From NCBI GenBank assembly GCA_038087875.1, contig CM075988.1:8310001-8374000 (forward strand): a stretch of DNA of 64,000 bases. Reading direction: 5' to 3'. Of this stretch, positions 1-12,620 are shown in pieces. Each line of letters starts with the position of its first letter. Position 1 is the first letter of the stretch. The translations under genes were made by a program, and so were the position numbers. The notes beneath the pieces were generated by a model that saw nothing but the letters and a program-made list of their open reading frames with translations, was not told the origin of the DNA and made no database searches. Source of the stretch: Malacoraja senta. Taxonomy: Eukaryota.

Positions 1-394
1 GCATTGATGGTCAAGCTAGCTCCACAGCGCCCTCTCACCACTAACTATAAAACAGCATCCTGTATCTGGAGCAGAGATGAGTGGTGTAACAATGGGATGG
101 AAGGCCCTTTGTGTTGCTTCCCCTCCCCATTACCTCCTGTCCAATACACATTCCCAACCACTCCAAATCAAACCCAAATATGTGAGCTTTATTTTTCATA
201 CCTTCACATGTTTTCTTGCAGAATTCAACGCAGTGAGAGGATTCACAGACTGATTAGCAACCTCACTTGCTGGGCTATAACCATCCTTGTACCAGAGAAG
301 TGGGTGAATATTCAAAGATATGGACACAACAATACAAAAGAATACGGTTTTATTCGTCACATTGCACATAAAGTGCAAGTGAAATGCTTGTGTA

Positions 395-513
395 ATTCGG
401 TGGGTCAGACAGCATCTCTGGAGAAAAGTGATGTTTCTATTTCCAAACGTCACCCATTCCTTTTTCTCCATTAATGCTGTCTGACCCGCTGAGTTACTCC
501 AGCTTTTTGTGTC
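395..513. mobile_element. Penelope-like terminal-repeat fold-back fragment
   Basis: gggtcagacagcatctctggagaaaag followed by its inverse cattccttttctcc...atgctgtctgacccgctgagttactccagc, the module seen throughout the window. Confidence 0.65.
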
Positions 514-516
514 TAA

Positions 517-802
517 AGGGCCTGTCCCACTTACGTGACCTTTACAGGCGACTGCTGGCACCCTTGATAGGTCGGCAAAATTTTCAACCTGTTGAAAATT
601 CAGCGGCGCCCAGAAAGGCGCTACTTTGGAGACCTCTCACGACCATACAGGCGACCCCTGGCGACATGTCGCGGGTGACCTCTCACGACCATAGGAGACC
701 TCTCACGAGAGGTCTCCAAAGAGTCTTAGCGTTGAAAATTTCGGCGACCTATCACGGGTGCCGGCAGTCGCCTGTAAAGGTCGCGTGAGTGGGACAGGCC
801 CT
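517..802. mobile_element. Non-autonomous PIF/Harbinger-type MITE, family A (286 bp), inserted in a PLE terminal-repeat fragment
   Basis: About 72-bp imperfect TIRs starting AGGGCCTGTCCCACT and ending AGTGGGACAGGCCCT. TAA lies on both sides (514-516, 803-805). A 3-bp TWA TSD is typical of PIF/Harbinger. Confidence 0.85.
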
Positions 803-984
803 TAACTTGGGTGAATAATCACACGGACTTACAAATTAGTGGCAAGAATAGGATACTTGTCCCCTGGAACCTGCTCTGATATTCAATAAGCAGCACAGTG
901 GCGCAGCTGTACCACAACCGTGGAACACAGCTCCTTCCTATACAGCTGTAGAGTTGCTGCCTTACAGCACCAGAGACCCTTATG

Positions 985-1445
985 CCCAACTTGTCCATGC
1001 GGACCAAGATGGATAGACCAAAACCCTAACTTAGTTGCATTTTCATGCATTTGATCCATATCTCTCTGAACCTTTCCTATCACTGTCCCTGTCCAAATGT
1101 ATTTTAAATTTTGTTTCTGTACCTGCCTCAATAATGTTCCCTGACAACATTCTATATACACACCATCCTCTATGTAATGAAGTTGCCTCTCAGGTTCCTT
1201 TTAAACCTGTACCCTATAGTTTTTTTATTTACTATCTCTGGAAAAAAGGTAGCAACCATTCACCTTATCTCTGCCCTTCATGATGTTATATACCCCTGTA
1301 AAGTCACCCTTCAGTCTCCAACACTCAAAGGAATAAAGTCCTAGCTTGTCCACCCTCTCTTGGTAACGCAGACTCTCAATTCCTGGCGATATTCTTGTAA
1401 ATTTTCTTTGCAATATTTCCAATTTAATGATATTTTTCCTGTAGC
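985..1445 (-). mobile_element. CR1 (HER1-like) LINE 3' fragment
   Basis: Minus ORF LQRKFTRISPGIESLRYQERVDKLGLYSFECWRLKGD matches the CR1 ORF2 C-terminus. Confidence 0.8.
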
Positions 1446-1599
1446 AAACCCAAAACCCTTTAATGCATACTTATAAATGATTGTATAATAAATATGAGCA
1501 GTTGGCTGTTTGCTACTTTAATCCTTCTTCGATAAGATCCTAGCTGATCTAATAGTTGGCCTCAACTCTATTTTTCTCTCCCAACCCCATGACCCTTAA

Positions 1600-2330
1600 T
1601 TCCTCCTGCAGCAAAAGCATTCACTGAGCGAAGTTCTTCATTACCTCAGTCTTACTTCCCACATCTGCTGAGTAAGCTCACTAATTCTAAACCCTGTTAC
1701 CAGGGAAAACATCTTTACAGTATCTAATCTGTCAAACTACCTCAGAATCTTTACTGTTTCGATTAGATCATCTCTCAGTCTTGCAAATTCTGCAGAATAT
1801 TGGCATAGCCTCCCAGCCGAATAGAGAGCTAGCCAGATTTTCTGAGAGAACACTAGAATGGAGGAGAATGTCATCTGCAATGCCTGAAAGCCACTTATAT
1901 TCTTCCTCAAATTAAAAAAAAATGAAACAATAAACAATGGTCAGATCCTGGTCCCATCAAAGTTGTACCAGGACATCCTTACTTTTGTATTCCATCACTT
2001 TTGCAGTCAAGGCCATCATTTGATTCACCTTGTTAAATGATTATTAACTTTCTGCTATTTTTCATGAGATATCTTGAAACGCTAACATTTAATCGTCTCA
2101 TATCATTTCTATTCTTCTTATCAAAGTCAATGGTCTCATGTTTCCCCTCAGTATACTCTGGGTCCCATCTCGCATCCGTTTTTACTTAATCTGTCTGTAT
2201 TCCTTTGCAGATTTTGTGCACTACTCACAATTTACTTTCACACCTACCTACGTATTTCAGCAAAGTTGGATATATTACACACAGACCCTTCTGCAAAGTA
2301 ATTTTTAAAGATTGCAAATAGCAATACCTG
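1600..2330 (-). mobile_element. Old degenerate CR1 LINE fragment
   Basis: Minus translation contains RLRDDLIETVKILR plus a decayed CR1 RT-region nucleotide pattern. Confidence 0.6.
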
Positions 2331-2399
2331 AGGCAATCCAGGAATAAACATCTGTCAACTTGATGATGACCTGCTTATTCCTATGCACATCCACTGACC

Positions 2400-2660
2400 G
2401 GGCTTTGACACAGGGAAGGGAGAGGGGGGAAATAGGGGTGGGGGTGGGGAGGGGAGAGGACGTTCCCTAAAATTGGAGAATTCAATGTTCATATCGTTGG
2501 GTTGTAAGCTACCTAAGCGGAATATGAGATGCTGTTCCTCCAGTTTGCGTGTGGACTCACTTTGGCAACGGAAGAGGCCCAGGATAGCAATGTTGGTGTG
2601 GGAATGGGAAGGGGAGTTAAAATGGTTAGCAACCAGAAGATCCAGCGGTCCTAAGTGGAC
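2400..2660 (-). mobile_element. Penelope-like element, GIY-YIG endonuclease C-terminal fragment
   Basis: VANHFNSPSHSHTNIAILGLFRCQSESTRKLEEQHLIFRLGSLQPNDMNIEFSNF matches the PLE GIY-YIG C-terminal pattern (HFN..H..R...E...I..L....P.G.N). Confidence 0.85.
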
Positions 2661-3552
2661 CTTGGATAACCTTGCATTGAACACCATAGATGGAGGAGAT
2701 TTGTCAGCCCAATGAGTTTGCCCAATACTTTTTCTCTAGTAATACTGATTGTTTTACTTTCTTGCTATAAGTCACTAAATTCAAGGTAATGTGTTTACTG
2801 CCTCTTTTGTGAACATATGCAAAATTCTCATTCAATGTCTCTGACACTTCTTTCTCTCCATAATTAATCCCCCTTTCTTATCTTTTAAGAGAACAATGTT
2901 TACATTTACTACTCTCCTTTTCCTGCAGAAGCTCTTTAAATCTTTTTTTTCCCTCTGGTTTGTACACAATTTTTATTTTCCCTCTCTTTATCAATCATTT
3001 AGTCATGCATTGTTAGCTTCTAAAATTAGCCTAATTCTCAGGCCGACTATTACTCTTGGTAATATTTCTTTCTTTCAGTCTAATGCCATAATTTAGTAGT
3101 TCAGTGGAATCTTTATTTCCCAATATCTGTTTATGGTTTTCCTCAGGATGTATTAAAATAAATTAAACAAAGAAACGAACTGAATAATTTGAAATTCAAA
3201 TCGATATATTCAAGTAATTAAATGTCATGCCAAAGTAAGGAAGGAAATTAAAGCTCTCTCCAACAAAGGTTCCCGACAATTCACAAATGTATTTATGCAC
3301 ATGATCCTTACCAGAGAGACAAAGCCAGGGTGCTTTGATTGGCACTCAAGTGTACCCTCCCTAAGCAAGTACCATCTTCAACATCTGTCGTCAGGAAGAT
3401 TGGGGCGGTCTGCCATGGTGTTGCTAAAATGCAGATTAATGCACTGAGTGTCTGTCCCCAATGCATATGAAAAAAACAACTTGCATTTGCATAGTTCTTT
3501 TCCCAGGGCCCCAGTGTGTTTTGCATTGAATCAAATACGTTTATTAAAGTGT

Positions 3553-3657
3553 CGGAAGGAATTGCAGATGCTGGTTTGAACCGAAGGTAGACACAACATG
3601 CAGCATCTCTGGAGAGAAGGAATCGGTGACGTTTCAGGTCGAGACCCATCTTCAGAC
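3553..3657 (-). mobile_element. PLE terminal-repeat fragment with hammerhead-like core (3628-3655)
   Basis: Minus strand reads CTGAAGA-T-GGGT-CTCG-ACCT-GAAAC-GTC-ACC. Confidence 0.7.
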
Positions 3658-3749
3658 ATTTGTCACTGTTGATATGAGCAGCTAACCTGCAAGCAGAGAG
3701 ATATCACAAATTCTAATGCAAACTGGGATATCAGTTATTGATTGGAAAA

Positions 3750-3975
3750 TAACTATTGATCAGGACTCTGGGGATCTCGCCTTCTCCTCTTCAAAGTAGT
3801 TTGACGGGGGGTTTCTGAGAGAGCAGAGAGCACCTCCCTCAGCCAGCACCCCAAAGGCAGCAACTCTGTTGATCTTGCTGACAGCGTAAACCTAGATTCT
3901 TGTGCTGAAATCTTCAACCTGACTAATTCCAACTGACACAGAGGCGAGAGTGCGATTTACTGCACCTCAGGTGAC
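3750..3975 (-). mobile_element. Ancient DeuSINE (SacSINE/AmnSINE-like) remnant
   Basis: cctagattcttgtgctgaaatc...ctgacacagaggcgagagtgc resembles the reverse complement of the DeuSINE head as I recall it. It is heavily decayed. Confidence 0.45.
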
Positions 3976-6879
3976 ATTATAATTAATGTGCTTCACACAG
4001 CAACATTATTTCAACATAGTGTAGTTGTAAGTTGCATGTTATAGAAATAATAGGCAATTCTGTTCCTCAGTCTTGTTACGCTAAGCAATTAGATTGTGAC
4101 TAATCTCTGTCTCAACTTCATTTCCCTGTCTTTGTCTCATACCTCTTAATAGCATTAGGCAATAAAATCCTATTGATTCCAATGTTGAAAATAATGGATC
4201 GGCATTCACTTAACTTTGCTGCTACATAATTTGGCTCCATAATAAGTTCTCCAATTAAAATACTGTGTGCTCAGGTTTTAGAAACCCCACCCGATAAAAT
4301 ACTTTCAACCATTTTGAATTCCTGAATGATTTAAGATGCTTCATGTTTGATCATTCTCATTGACATCCTAGCTATTTTATGGAACCTGTTCTTATAATTA
4401 ATCTCCTTTGTGCCCATTATAATTTTGTGAATCTGTGCTATAACCCCAGCCCAGCTCAATATATCATCCTTGAGGTTCAGTAGCTAAAATTAAACGCATT
4501 TCTGTACAATAGATGAAATCTAGCAAATTATTTAGACAGGGGTCACTTCCTAATGTTGGGACTCCAATCTGCTTAGAATAAAGGTTGGTATTCTACTCTG
4601 AAAACAGAACAAACTGGAAACACCCAGCAGGGTCAGTCAGCATATGTGGAGAGAGAGAGAGTGCAATGTATAACATTAGCTCTCTTTCTATTCCTGCAGA
4701 TGCCGCCTGACCTGCTTCTGAATGTTTCCCTATTTTCGGCTTATTATTTCAAATTTCAACATGGACAGTTTTTTAAATTTCCATTTTAATTATCTGTGTG
4801 CCTTTTCTAAATATATGTTGTTCCTGTGCAGTTGCTTTTAGTTAAATCTTTGAGCATCTCACCATGAAATAAGTGTTCCAATTTTCCTTTCCAATGCACA
4901 AAGTGAAAGACCTCACTTCCCACATTGAAGTCCATCTGCCATAGATTTGTTTGCCCGCATAAGACTGTCTATGGTTTCTTTGTAACTTCCTGATCCTACA
5001 TTTTAGAGATTCCTAACAGAGTCAGCTGAAAAATTAGGATACACAACTCTCTATTCATTTATCTGATTCATTATAGTTTTATGGTGAGAAGTTGCTGTTC
5101 CAGAACAGATTTAATTATGGTGTCAGTGTCTTTCATCAGAGTCAAGTGACAGGACACTTATACAAGCATCAGCTGATCAAAGAAATTCAGCTCTAATGAA
5201 GGTTTGATCATGTCTGCCTAATCTTATTTAAAGTTTTGAGGTTATTAGCTTGGGGATTACTGGAGCGTCCTCTGAATGTTACCAATGTAGACATACTGAC
5301 ATTATAAGGTTCCACGTGAGAGATTATTAGTAAAAATTGGAATGCATTGAATTGGAGGCAGTCTTGAGATACGACTTGTCCATTAGTTGTATAGAAGGGA
5401 TTAGAAAGTACAAATAATAGGTTTGTCTCATAATTATGGATATGGCAAGCGGTACCTAGCACTTTTCCCAATTGGATGTTATCAATAAACCCTTCACTTT
5501 GTGAAATGACTTGGTCTTGTGAGACTGGGAGATTGTTACACTCTTCTTATTCAATCAATATTCCAGGTCTGCTTGACAGTGGTATGAGGGAACTAGACTG
5601 TCCAGGGGGGGGGGGGGGGGGAATCAGGGCTGGTAAGACAAGGGAGGGGGTGACCTTGGCAGAGTTGCTCCGTTGATGGAAGTTGGCTACAGATCTGAAT
5701 GAAACAGGTGGCATAACTTTGCAATTACGCCACTGGTGACAGAGAACCAGCAGAGAATATTCCCCTTGCTCATTATCAGTGGGTCCGGCAGATCCAGAAG
5801 ATATGATGTGGTACAACAGCTGGTGTGAGGGCACCCTGACTCGAGCGCCAAGAGATTTTCCGAGCACATCGCTTTTGTCTTCAAACATGACAGCCTGTTC
5901 TGGGGGGCATTTAGATGAACCCAATCAATACTCTGTTTCAGAAAATGACAAGCAAACAATGAGGTGACTGACTCAAATGTCTGCTTTCACTGGGTAGACG
6001 AGATAGGGGTGGAAATAATACCCACAGCACAGAGGTTTGTAGTTGTAATCCAACTTCCTCGATCTGTGCGTACATCGACAATTGGAAACATGGAGCAGAA
6101 CATAACTGTTAATTACTATTAACTGTAAATGTTAACACTGTTAGTTCACAGGTAGGGGACCACACTCAGGTCAGTTTGCAAGTTCTATGACCATTTCCTA
6201 TCATAAATAGTTGGTTGTAACAAGTTAAATTTTATACCCTACGTTAATAACACTGGATAAGATTAATTATAAGGTTGGGGGGAATGGGTTACATCAGTGC
6301 AAGTATACCAGTTGGAAAAGATTATAATGACACAGAAGGATGCCATTTAGACCTTTGTGTCTATGCTGGATGCTAGAGGAACAATCCTAATTCCCTGTGC
6401 CTCAAACTCACACATATCCGCCAAATCCCCTTGCGATTCTTTTCGTCATTACCTTACGTTAAGGGTAATTTTCCATAATTTACACTGGCCATTTAACCTG
6501 TCAGCACATCTTTGGGATGTGGGAGGAAGCCGGAGCTCCCGATGGAAAACACAAGCGGTCACGGGGAGAACATGCAAATTGCAGACAGGCAGCACCCGAG
6601 GTCAGGATCGAAACCAGGTCGCTTCAGCTGTAAATTAACACCCATGACTACTGAGCCACCTTGCTGCCATTTAGGTGAAGTAAAAGATGTCCCAGGTGTG
6701 ATCGTGATCCCTGAGTTGCAATGCAGTGATCATTGCACAAAATTAACTATGTCAGGAAAAGCTGACAGTATTCAACTTCCATTTAAATATTTTGATGCGG
6801 AAAGGAAAGTGAAACCACAAGCCTGATTATATTAGCCTTTTTGTGGTCATTTCCAATGGGAACCACTTACTATCCTCCG

Positions 6880-7367
6880 AGGTAGACACAAAATGCTGGA
6901 GTAACTCAGCGGGTCAGGCAGCATCTCTGGAGAGAAGGAATGGGTGACCTTTCGGGTCGAGACCTTTCTTCAGACTGATGTTAGTGTAGGGGTCGGGACA
7001 AAGATAGAATGTAGTTGGAGACAGTAAGACTAGTGGCAGAATTGGGAAGGGGGTGGGGATAGAGGGGGAAAGCAAGAGATATCTGAAGTTGGAGAAGTCA
7101 ATGTTCATACCGCTGGGGTGTAAATTCCCCAAGCGAAATATGAGGTGCTGTTCCTCCAATTTGCGCTGGGCCTCACTCTGACAATGGAGGCGGCCCAGGA
7201 CAAAAAGGTCAGATTGGGAATGGGAGGGAGAGTTTGAAGTGCTGAGCAACCGGGCGATCAGGTAGGTTAAGACGGACTGAGCGGAAGTGTTCTGCGAAAT
7301 GATCGCCGAACCTGCGCTTGGTTTCGCCGATGTAAAGAAGTTGACACCTGGAACAGCGGATACAGTT
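6880..7367 (-). mobile_element. Penelope-like element 3' part: GIY-YIG tail plus terminal repeat with hammerhead-like motif (6946-6973)
   Basis: ORF SNSPSHSQSDLFVLGRLHCQSEAQRKLEEQHLIFRLGNLHPSGMNIDFSNF, followed downstream by CTGAAGAAAGGTCTCGACCCGAAAGGTC. This directly links the short module to the PLE ORF. Confidence 0.88.
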
Positions 7368-7387
7368 ACAATCCTCCAACTTTACTT

Positions 7388-8017
7388 AAGACTTTAGACT
7401 TTAGAGATACAGCGCGGAAACAGGCCCTTTGGCCCACCGAGTTCATGCCGACCAGCGATCCCCTTACGCTAACATTATTCTACGCACACTATGGTCAATT
7501 TACAATTTTTTTACCAAAGCCAATTAATCTACAAACATAAGAGAGACACAAAATGCTGGAGTAACTCAGCGGGACAGGCAGCATCTCTGGATAGAAGGAA
7601 TGGGTGATGTTTTGGATCGAGACCCTTCTTCACACTTCAACCTACAAACCTGTACATCTTTGGATTGTGGGAGGAAAACGGAGCACCCAGAGAAAACCGA
7701 CGCAGGTCACGGGGAGAACGTACAAAACTCCGTACAGACAGCACCCGTAGTCAGGTTCGAACCCTGGTCCTCTGGCGCTGCAAGGCAGCAACTCTAGCGC
7801 TGCGCCACCGTGCCGCCCAATTTTTCACCAAAGCCAATTAAACTACAAACCTGTACGTCTTTCGAAAGTGGAAGGAAACCGGAGCTCCCAGAGAAAGCCC
7901 ACGTGGTCACAGGGAGAATGTGCAAACTCCGTAGAGACAGCACCCGTAGTCAGGATCAACCCCGGGTCTCTGGCGCTGTAAGGCAACAACTCCACTGCTG
8001 TCCCATTGTGTTGCCCC
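7388..8017 (-). mobile_element. Two HE1-like V-SINE copies; the first is interrupted by a PLE fragment (~7540-7637)
   Basis: On minus: tRNA-like head GGGCGGCACGGTGGCGCAGCG, V-domain GAGTTTTGTACGTTCTCCCCGTGACC, and tail GGGCCTGTTTCCGCGCTGTATCTCTAAA. Confidence 0.85.
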
Positions 8018-8989
8018 TGCTAGTTACATGGAACTACAGATGTGGGATTCTGGAGCAAAAAACTAAAACTGCTGGAGTAACTCAGTGGGTCAGGCAGTAT
8101 CTGAGAAGACCATGGATAGGCGATGTTTCGACGACCTGAAAAAGTCACCTATCCATGTTCTCCAGTTGATGCTGCCTGACCCGCTGAGTTACTCCGGCCC
8201 TTTTTTTTTACTATCCTTTGCGCATGTGTTAGCTTCATGTCTGCATGTTAAACGGGACAGTCAGAGACCAGTTGGAGGTTGGATATTGGCACCACCACTT
8301 GACTTGCCACTGAGCATAGGTGGGTCACATCCACTTCATATCTGATCCCCCTGCTTTTCCACCAGCAAGGGATGTCACAAGAATTACAGCATTGATCCTA
8401 GAGTAATTTAGTTTAGCTGAGAGATACAGCTTGGAAACTGGCCCTTCGGAAATTATGAACATGAGCATGTTATTCAAACGGTGAAAGATTGTAGGTTTCT
8501 GAGATGCAGGGGAATCTGGGGGTCCAATTGCAGGCTTTGAAAAATGGCAAATATAAGTACCATTAGGAAAGCCAACACAATATCATTGCTTACTGATAGA
8601 GCATTGAGAATAAAAGTGGAGAGGATATCCTCAGTGGGAAGGGATGGGGATGGGAAGACGTGACTGGCAGTGGGATCATGTTGACGATGGGGGAAATGTC
8701 GGAAATTGATGAAACAGATGCAGAGGCTGGTGGGGTGAACAGCAAGGGCTGTTAGTAAGAGCTGAACAATGGGATACAGAGAAGATGCGGTTGAGGGACC
8801 CATCTATGACAGCAGGGAACGGGGAAACCAAGTTTCAATGATCTTACTGAATAGAATGTGGATTCATGCAGCCAAGATGCCTACCCATACTCCAAATGCA
8901 ATATTCAGATTTTTCCTCCTTTGCACTTTTCAAACAGTGACTGCACCTCCAAAGTTCTTCATTGGTTATTTGAATATTTGGATGTTTAG

Positions 8990-9306
8990 TGTAGTTTTAG
9001 CTTAGTTTAGTTCAGAGCTACAGCGTGGAAACAGGCCCTTCAGCCCACTGAGTCTACACCAACCAGCGATCCCCACACACTAACACTATCCTACACACAC
9101 TAGGGACAATTTACAATTTTACCAAGCCAATTAAACAACAAACCCATACGTCTTTGGAGTGTGAGAGGAAACCGGAGATAGCAGAGAAAACCCACGCAGG
9201 TCACGGGGAGAATGTACAAACATCGTACAGACAAGCACCGTAGCCAGGATCGAACCTGGCTCCCTGGTGCTGTAAGGCATTAACTCTATCGCTGAGCCAC
9301 CGTGCC
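8990..9306 (-). mobile_element. HE1-like tRNA-derived V-SINE, near full length
   Basis: Head with A/B-box-like motifs (GGTGGCTCAGCG, GTTCGATCC), V domain, and a CR1-like tail with (TAAAC)n. Confidence 0.88.
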
Positions 9307-10284
9307 TATCTTCTTCGATAATGAAAGGCAAATCACTCTTTTAGCAATAACAAACTAGGCTGAGTGATTCCGACCTATCTCAAAGCAGACATTGGACCTA
9401 GACACTAGCAGTCCCACACAATTTAGTTCCACACTTTGGACCGATTTTGTTTAGTGAGCCTTTAGTATTGGATTTCCAAGGCAGATAATGTAAGGGATTT
9501 GTCATGTTACAAGTTCAACCACATCGCCTGGAGGAAAACAGCAAAGCGGATCCCATCATTAAAGGCAGACATCTTAAATATGTTCAGCTGTTTGCATTGA
9601 CCTGCTCCTGAATCTTGTAACTATTTCACAGCAACTGCCAGCCCTTGCATCTGGTCCTGAGAGATCACTGTCAAGACACTGACCTACCATCAGGTTAGCA
9701 GAAGCTTTGCCAGAATTTTTTTTTCAGCTATGCAAATCTTTTCCCATTGAAGCACATTGTTTAAAGCTGTGTGAACATGCAGTTTACCTCTTTTCTTGCA
9801 GAATTCTCCTTTCAAAAAAGTTAAAAACAAATGGGAAGTATTTCAATTTCTAATAGAAGTCATCTCCCCATTATTTGATATTCTTTCTCTTTGTCTTTCT
9901 CAAGCTGGTGACCAACTCCATGGGTTTCCTTCGCTTTCGGGCATTTTCCCTGAACAGGCCATCTGAACATATTTCCAAGTGCTCTTTGCTCATGACAAGG
10001 GCCGAGTCCATTGGGGAAAACCTTCAAACAAGGGAAGAGATATCACCCCAGGGGGCCATATGAGTGTTTTGTTTAAAGATAGGGGTGAGCGTTACTGATT
10101 ATGACACTATTCGATGTGTTGAAAATGTATGATCAGTTTTTGTTTTGTGTATGTTATTTATTCTGGAGTATATTTGAAAAAAATGTCGCTCATGGCAGGA
10201 GTCAGTCCAAACACATCCTCACCTAATATTCAGTGGTTGGTTCATTTTGACACCAATTCACTGGATAGCAATCAGGAGAGAGTG

Positions 10285-10518
10285 TTAAGATTGCCAAACC
10301 TTTCAGGTTGTTCAGAGCCTCCGGGAATTCAAGATTAATATTTCCAGTCACAGTACCAGTCTGTGAGTAAGTCTTCAGGGTTTAGTTTAGAGATATAGCG
10401 TGGGAAGACAGTATCTCTGAACTAAACCCCAAAGACACTCACAGACATACCATGACTGTAAATGGTCATCCTTAATTCCTGGAGGCTCTGAAGAACCAGG
10501 AAAGCTTGGCGATCTTAA
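10285..10518. repeat. Imperfect long inverted repeat (~110-bp arms, ~16-nt loop)
   Basis: The left arm ttaagattgccaaacctttcaggttgttcagagcctccgggaatt...ggtttagtttagagata pairs with tatctctgaactaaacc...aattcctggaggctctgaagaaccaggaaagcttggcgatcttaa. Confidence 0.85.
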
Positions 10519-10814
10519 ACAAGATAAAAGGATTCTCTGAAAGGTAACGATCGTTCACATGGGTTTGAAAGATCGCGTTTGCTTTCAGTAGGGGTTGGAA
10601 GGCAGATGGTGGTATCAGGTGGCAGGACTGGGCTGGGGGACTCAGAGGTCACTGAATGACATCCCTTTGGCTGCAGCATTTAGAGCCAGCAGTCTGAGCT
10701 GAATCGCCCGCTGCTTTCTCCCTCTCTACTGCCCATGGAAAGGCAGACCTCAGCACTCATGCTCCAGGTCGGAACTGCACAGCCAGGGTAAGGCGTTCAT
10801 CTAGAAATGTGCTT

Positions 10815-11065
10815 GACTTCCCTCAGGATTCCACTCCGGCCATTGTGGATTCTGAAGTGACTGTTGAAATCAATGTTCCACCTGCAGGCTGCCTCATGCA
10901 TGGCTGCTCGGTTATTTCTGAGATGATGTGTCTCCTTCGGACACTTATGTGCTTCCATGTGCTCCTGACCATTGGACTCGAGGTCCTCAGCCCCATCCTG
11001 ATTGCTCCTTCTCCAGTCTGAGCTGTCATGGGCCAAGGATTCCCTGGAATTAGTTGGGCATTTTA
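10815..11065 (-). mobile_element. RTE-clade LINE 3' fragment
   Basis: Minus translation LAHDSSDWRRSNQDGAEDLES...SHFRIH is a decayed RTE ORF C-terminus (LA.DR..WR motif, zinc-finger remnant). Confidence 0.65.
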
Positions 11066-11283
11066 TTAAAGTGCAGAGACAAGGAACTTCAGATGCTGGA
11101 ATATTTTTTAAAAAGCCCCAAAGTGCCGGAGTAACAGCGAGTCAGGCTGCAAGATGGACACAAAGCAGTGGAGTAACTCAGCACAAGATGGAGGTGAGAA
11201 AAGACCAGGACCAAACAGGGACAGCAACAAATGACCTCAGGCAGGGCGGTACCTGGTATGTCCATTGTTAGCTAAGGAAGGCG

Positions 11284-11483
11284 NNNNNNNNNNNNNNNNN
11301 NNNNNNNNNNNNNNNNNNNNNNNNNNNNNNNNNNNNNNNNNNNNNNNNNNNNNNNNNNNNNNNNNNNNNNNNNNNNNNNNNNNNNNNNNNNNNNNNNNNN
11401 NNNNNNNNNNNNNNNNNNNNNNNNNNNNNNNNNNNNNNNNNNNNNNNNNNNNNNNNNNNNNNNNNNNNNNNNNNNNNNNNNNN
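11284..11483. other. Assembly gap (200 N)
   Basis: Run of exactly 200 N. Confidence 1.
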
Positions 11484-12189
11484 TGGACTATGGTCGTATA
11501 TATCAACATGGCTTCCCTCTAGGCAGGCACGCTTTCACCAGAGGGAAGACCCATCCTCTTGTTCCCTGCAGAGGCAACTATTCCAATAATTTAGTGGCCA
11601 CATTCCATTCTCCATCTCATATAAACCTCTGCCCTCTCACATCCTAATGTAAAACACCTTGCTCAGTGGCCAACTGTGAGTTTAGCTTCTGGAATGCCTC
11701 AAATCTAAATGTTCTGATTTGTGTTTAAGTGAGTCATGTCTCCCTTTCCTGCCACAAAATCCTTGGGAATTTTGTATCTTTCCAGTTTGGGCTTCTTGCT
11801 TTTCCCTACCTTCCTTCCAAACTGCTGTTTGCTGTGTATTTGAATGGCTAGCCCTATGCTCCAAAACTCTTCCTGTAAGCTTCTGGTCCTCTCTATTTCT
11901 TTCTCTTCCACTGAAACCTATTTCCCTAACCCCTGCTGTTGATCATCTGCCTTATATTACTTCCTTAAGCATGCCCTGGCCCCAACCCGAAACATTGTCT
12001 GTCCATTTCTTCCATAGATGCTGCCTGATATAAACAAGCTGAGTTCCTCCAGCACATTGTGTATTGGCCCTTTATCAAAGCTTGTTGGAAAAAAAAGTGA
12101 TGTGCTGCGGGGAGCAACTACATAATAGGGTTTGTTATTGTTCACTGCTAATATTATAAGGCACCAGTTACCATGCCAGCCATTTCATC

Positions 12190-12620
12190 TTCACCTGGAG
12201 GAACAGCACCTCATATTTTGTTTGGGCAGCTTACAACCCAGTGGTATGAACACTGAATTCTCGAAGTTCAAGTAACTCCTGCATTCCCTCCGCTCCCTCT
12301 CTCCCCCCCCCCCCTCCCCTCCCTCCTCCACCCTAGTATTGCTCGCAGTTCCACTATTTGCATCCTTGTACCCCTCTCGTTTGCAAGTCTTCCCCAGCCA
12401 GCAATGGTCCATTATGGACTCCACCCTTTCTGAAGTCACCTGTTGCCAGCCCTGGTTTGTTCTGGACTTTTCTCAACTCCAGTTTTTCTCCCCACACACC
12501 CCTCCCCCACATCTCAATCTATCGGTCTGATGAAGGGTTCCGACCCGAATCGTCACCTATTCCTTTACTCCAGAGATGCTGCCCGGCCCGCTGAGTTACT
12601 CAGGGCTTTTGGTGCCTATC
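12190..12620 (+). mobile_element. Penelope-like element 3' part (GIY-YIG tail plus terminal repeat)
   Basis: ctggaggaacagcacctcatattttgtttgggcagcttacaacccagtggtatgaac encodes LEEQHLIFCLGSLQPSGMN and is followed by the terminal-repeat module. Confidence 0.85.
12521..12560 (+). ncRNA. Type I hammerhead-ribozyme-like motif in a PLE terminal repeat (core variant GAAU)
   Basis: AUCGGU-CUGAUGA-A-GGGU-UCCG-ACCC-GAAU-CGUC-ACCUAU. Stem I pairs 5 of 6, stem II is 4 bp, CUGAUGA is canonical. A15.1 is mutated, so it is probably inactive. Confidence 0.6.

Noticed and set aside
5547..5967. Overlapping ORFs in non-repeat-looking DNA
   Set aside because: No recognisable domain and no coherent splice pair; one ORF runs through a poly-G tract.
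9869..10021. Minus-strand terminal-exon candidate (FSPMDSALV...RKRRKPMELVTSLRKTKRKNIK*)
   Set aside because: An acceptor-like site exists, but two frames are open and no homology is recognised.
11237..11522. ORFs spanning N runs (also 51437-51807)
   Set aside because: Artefacts of translating assembly gaps.
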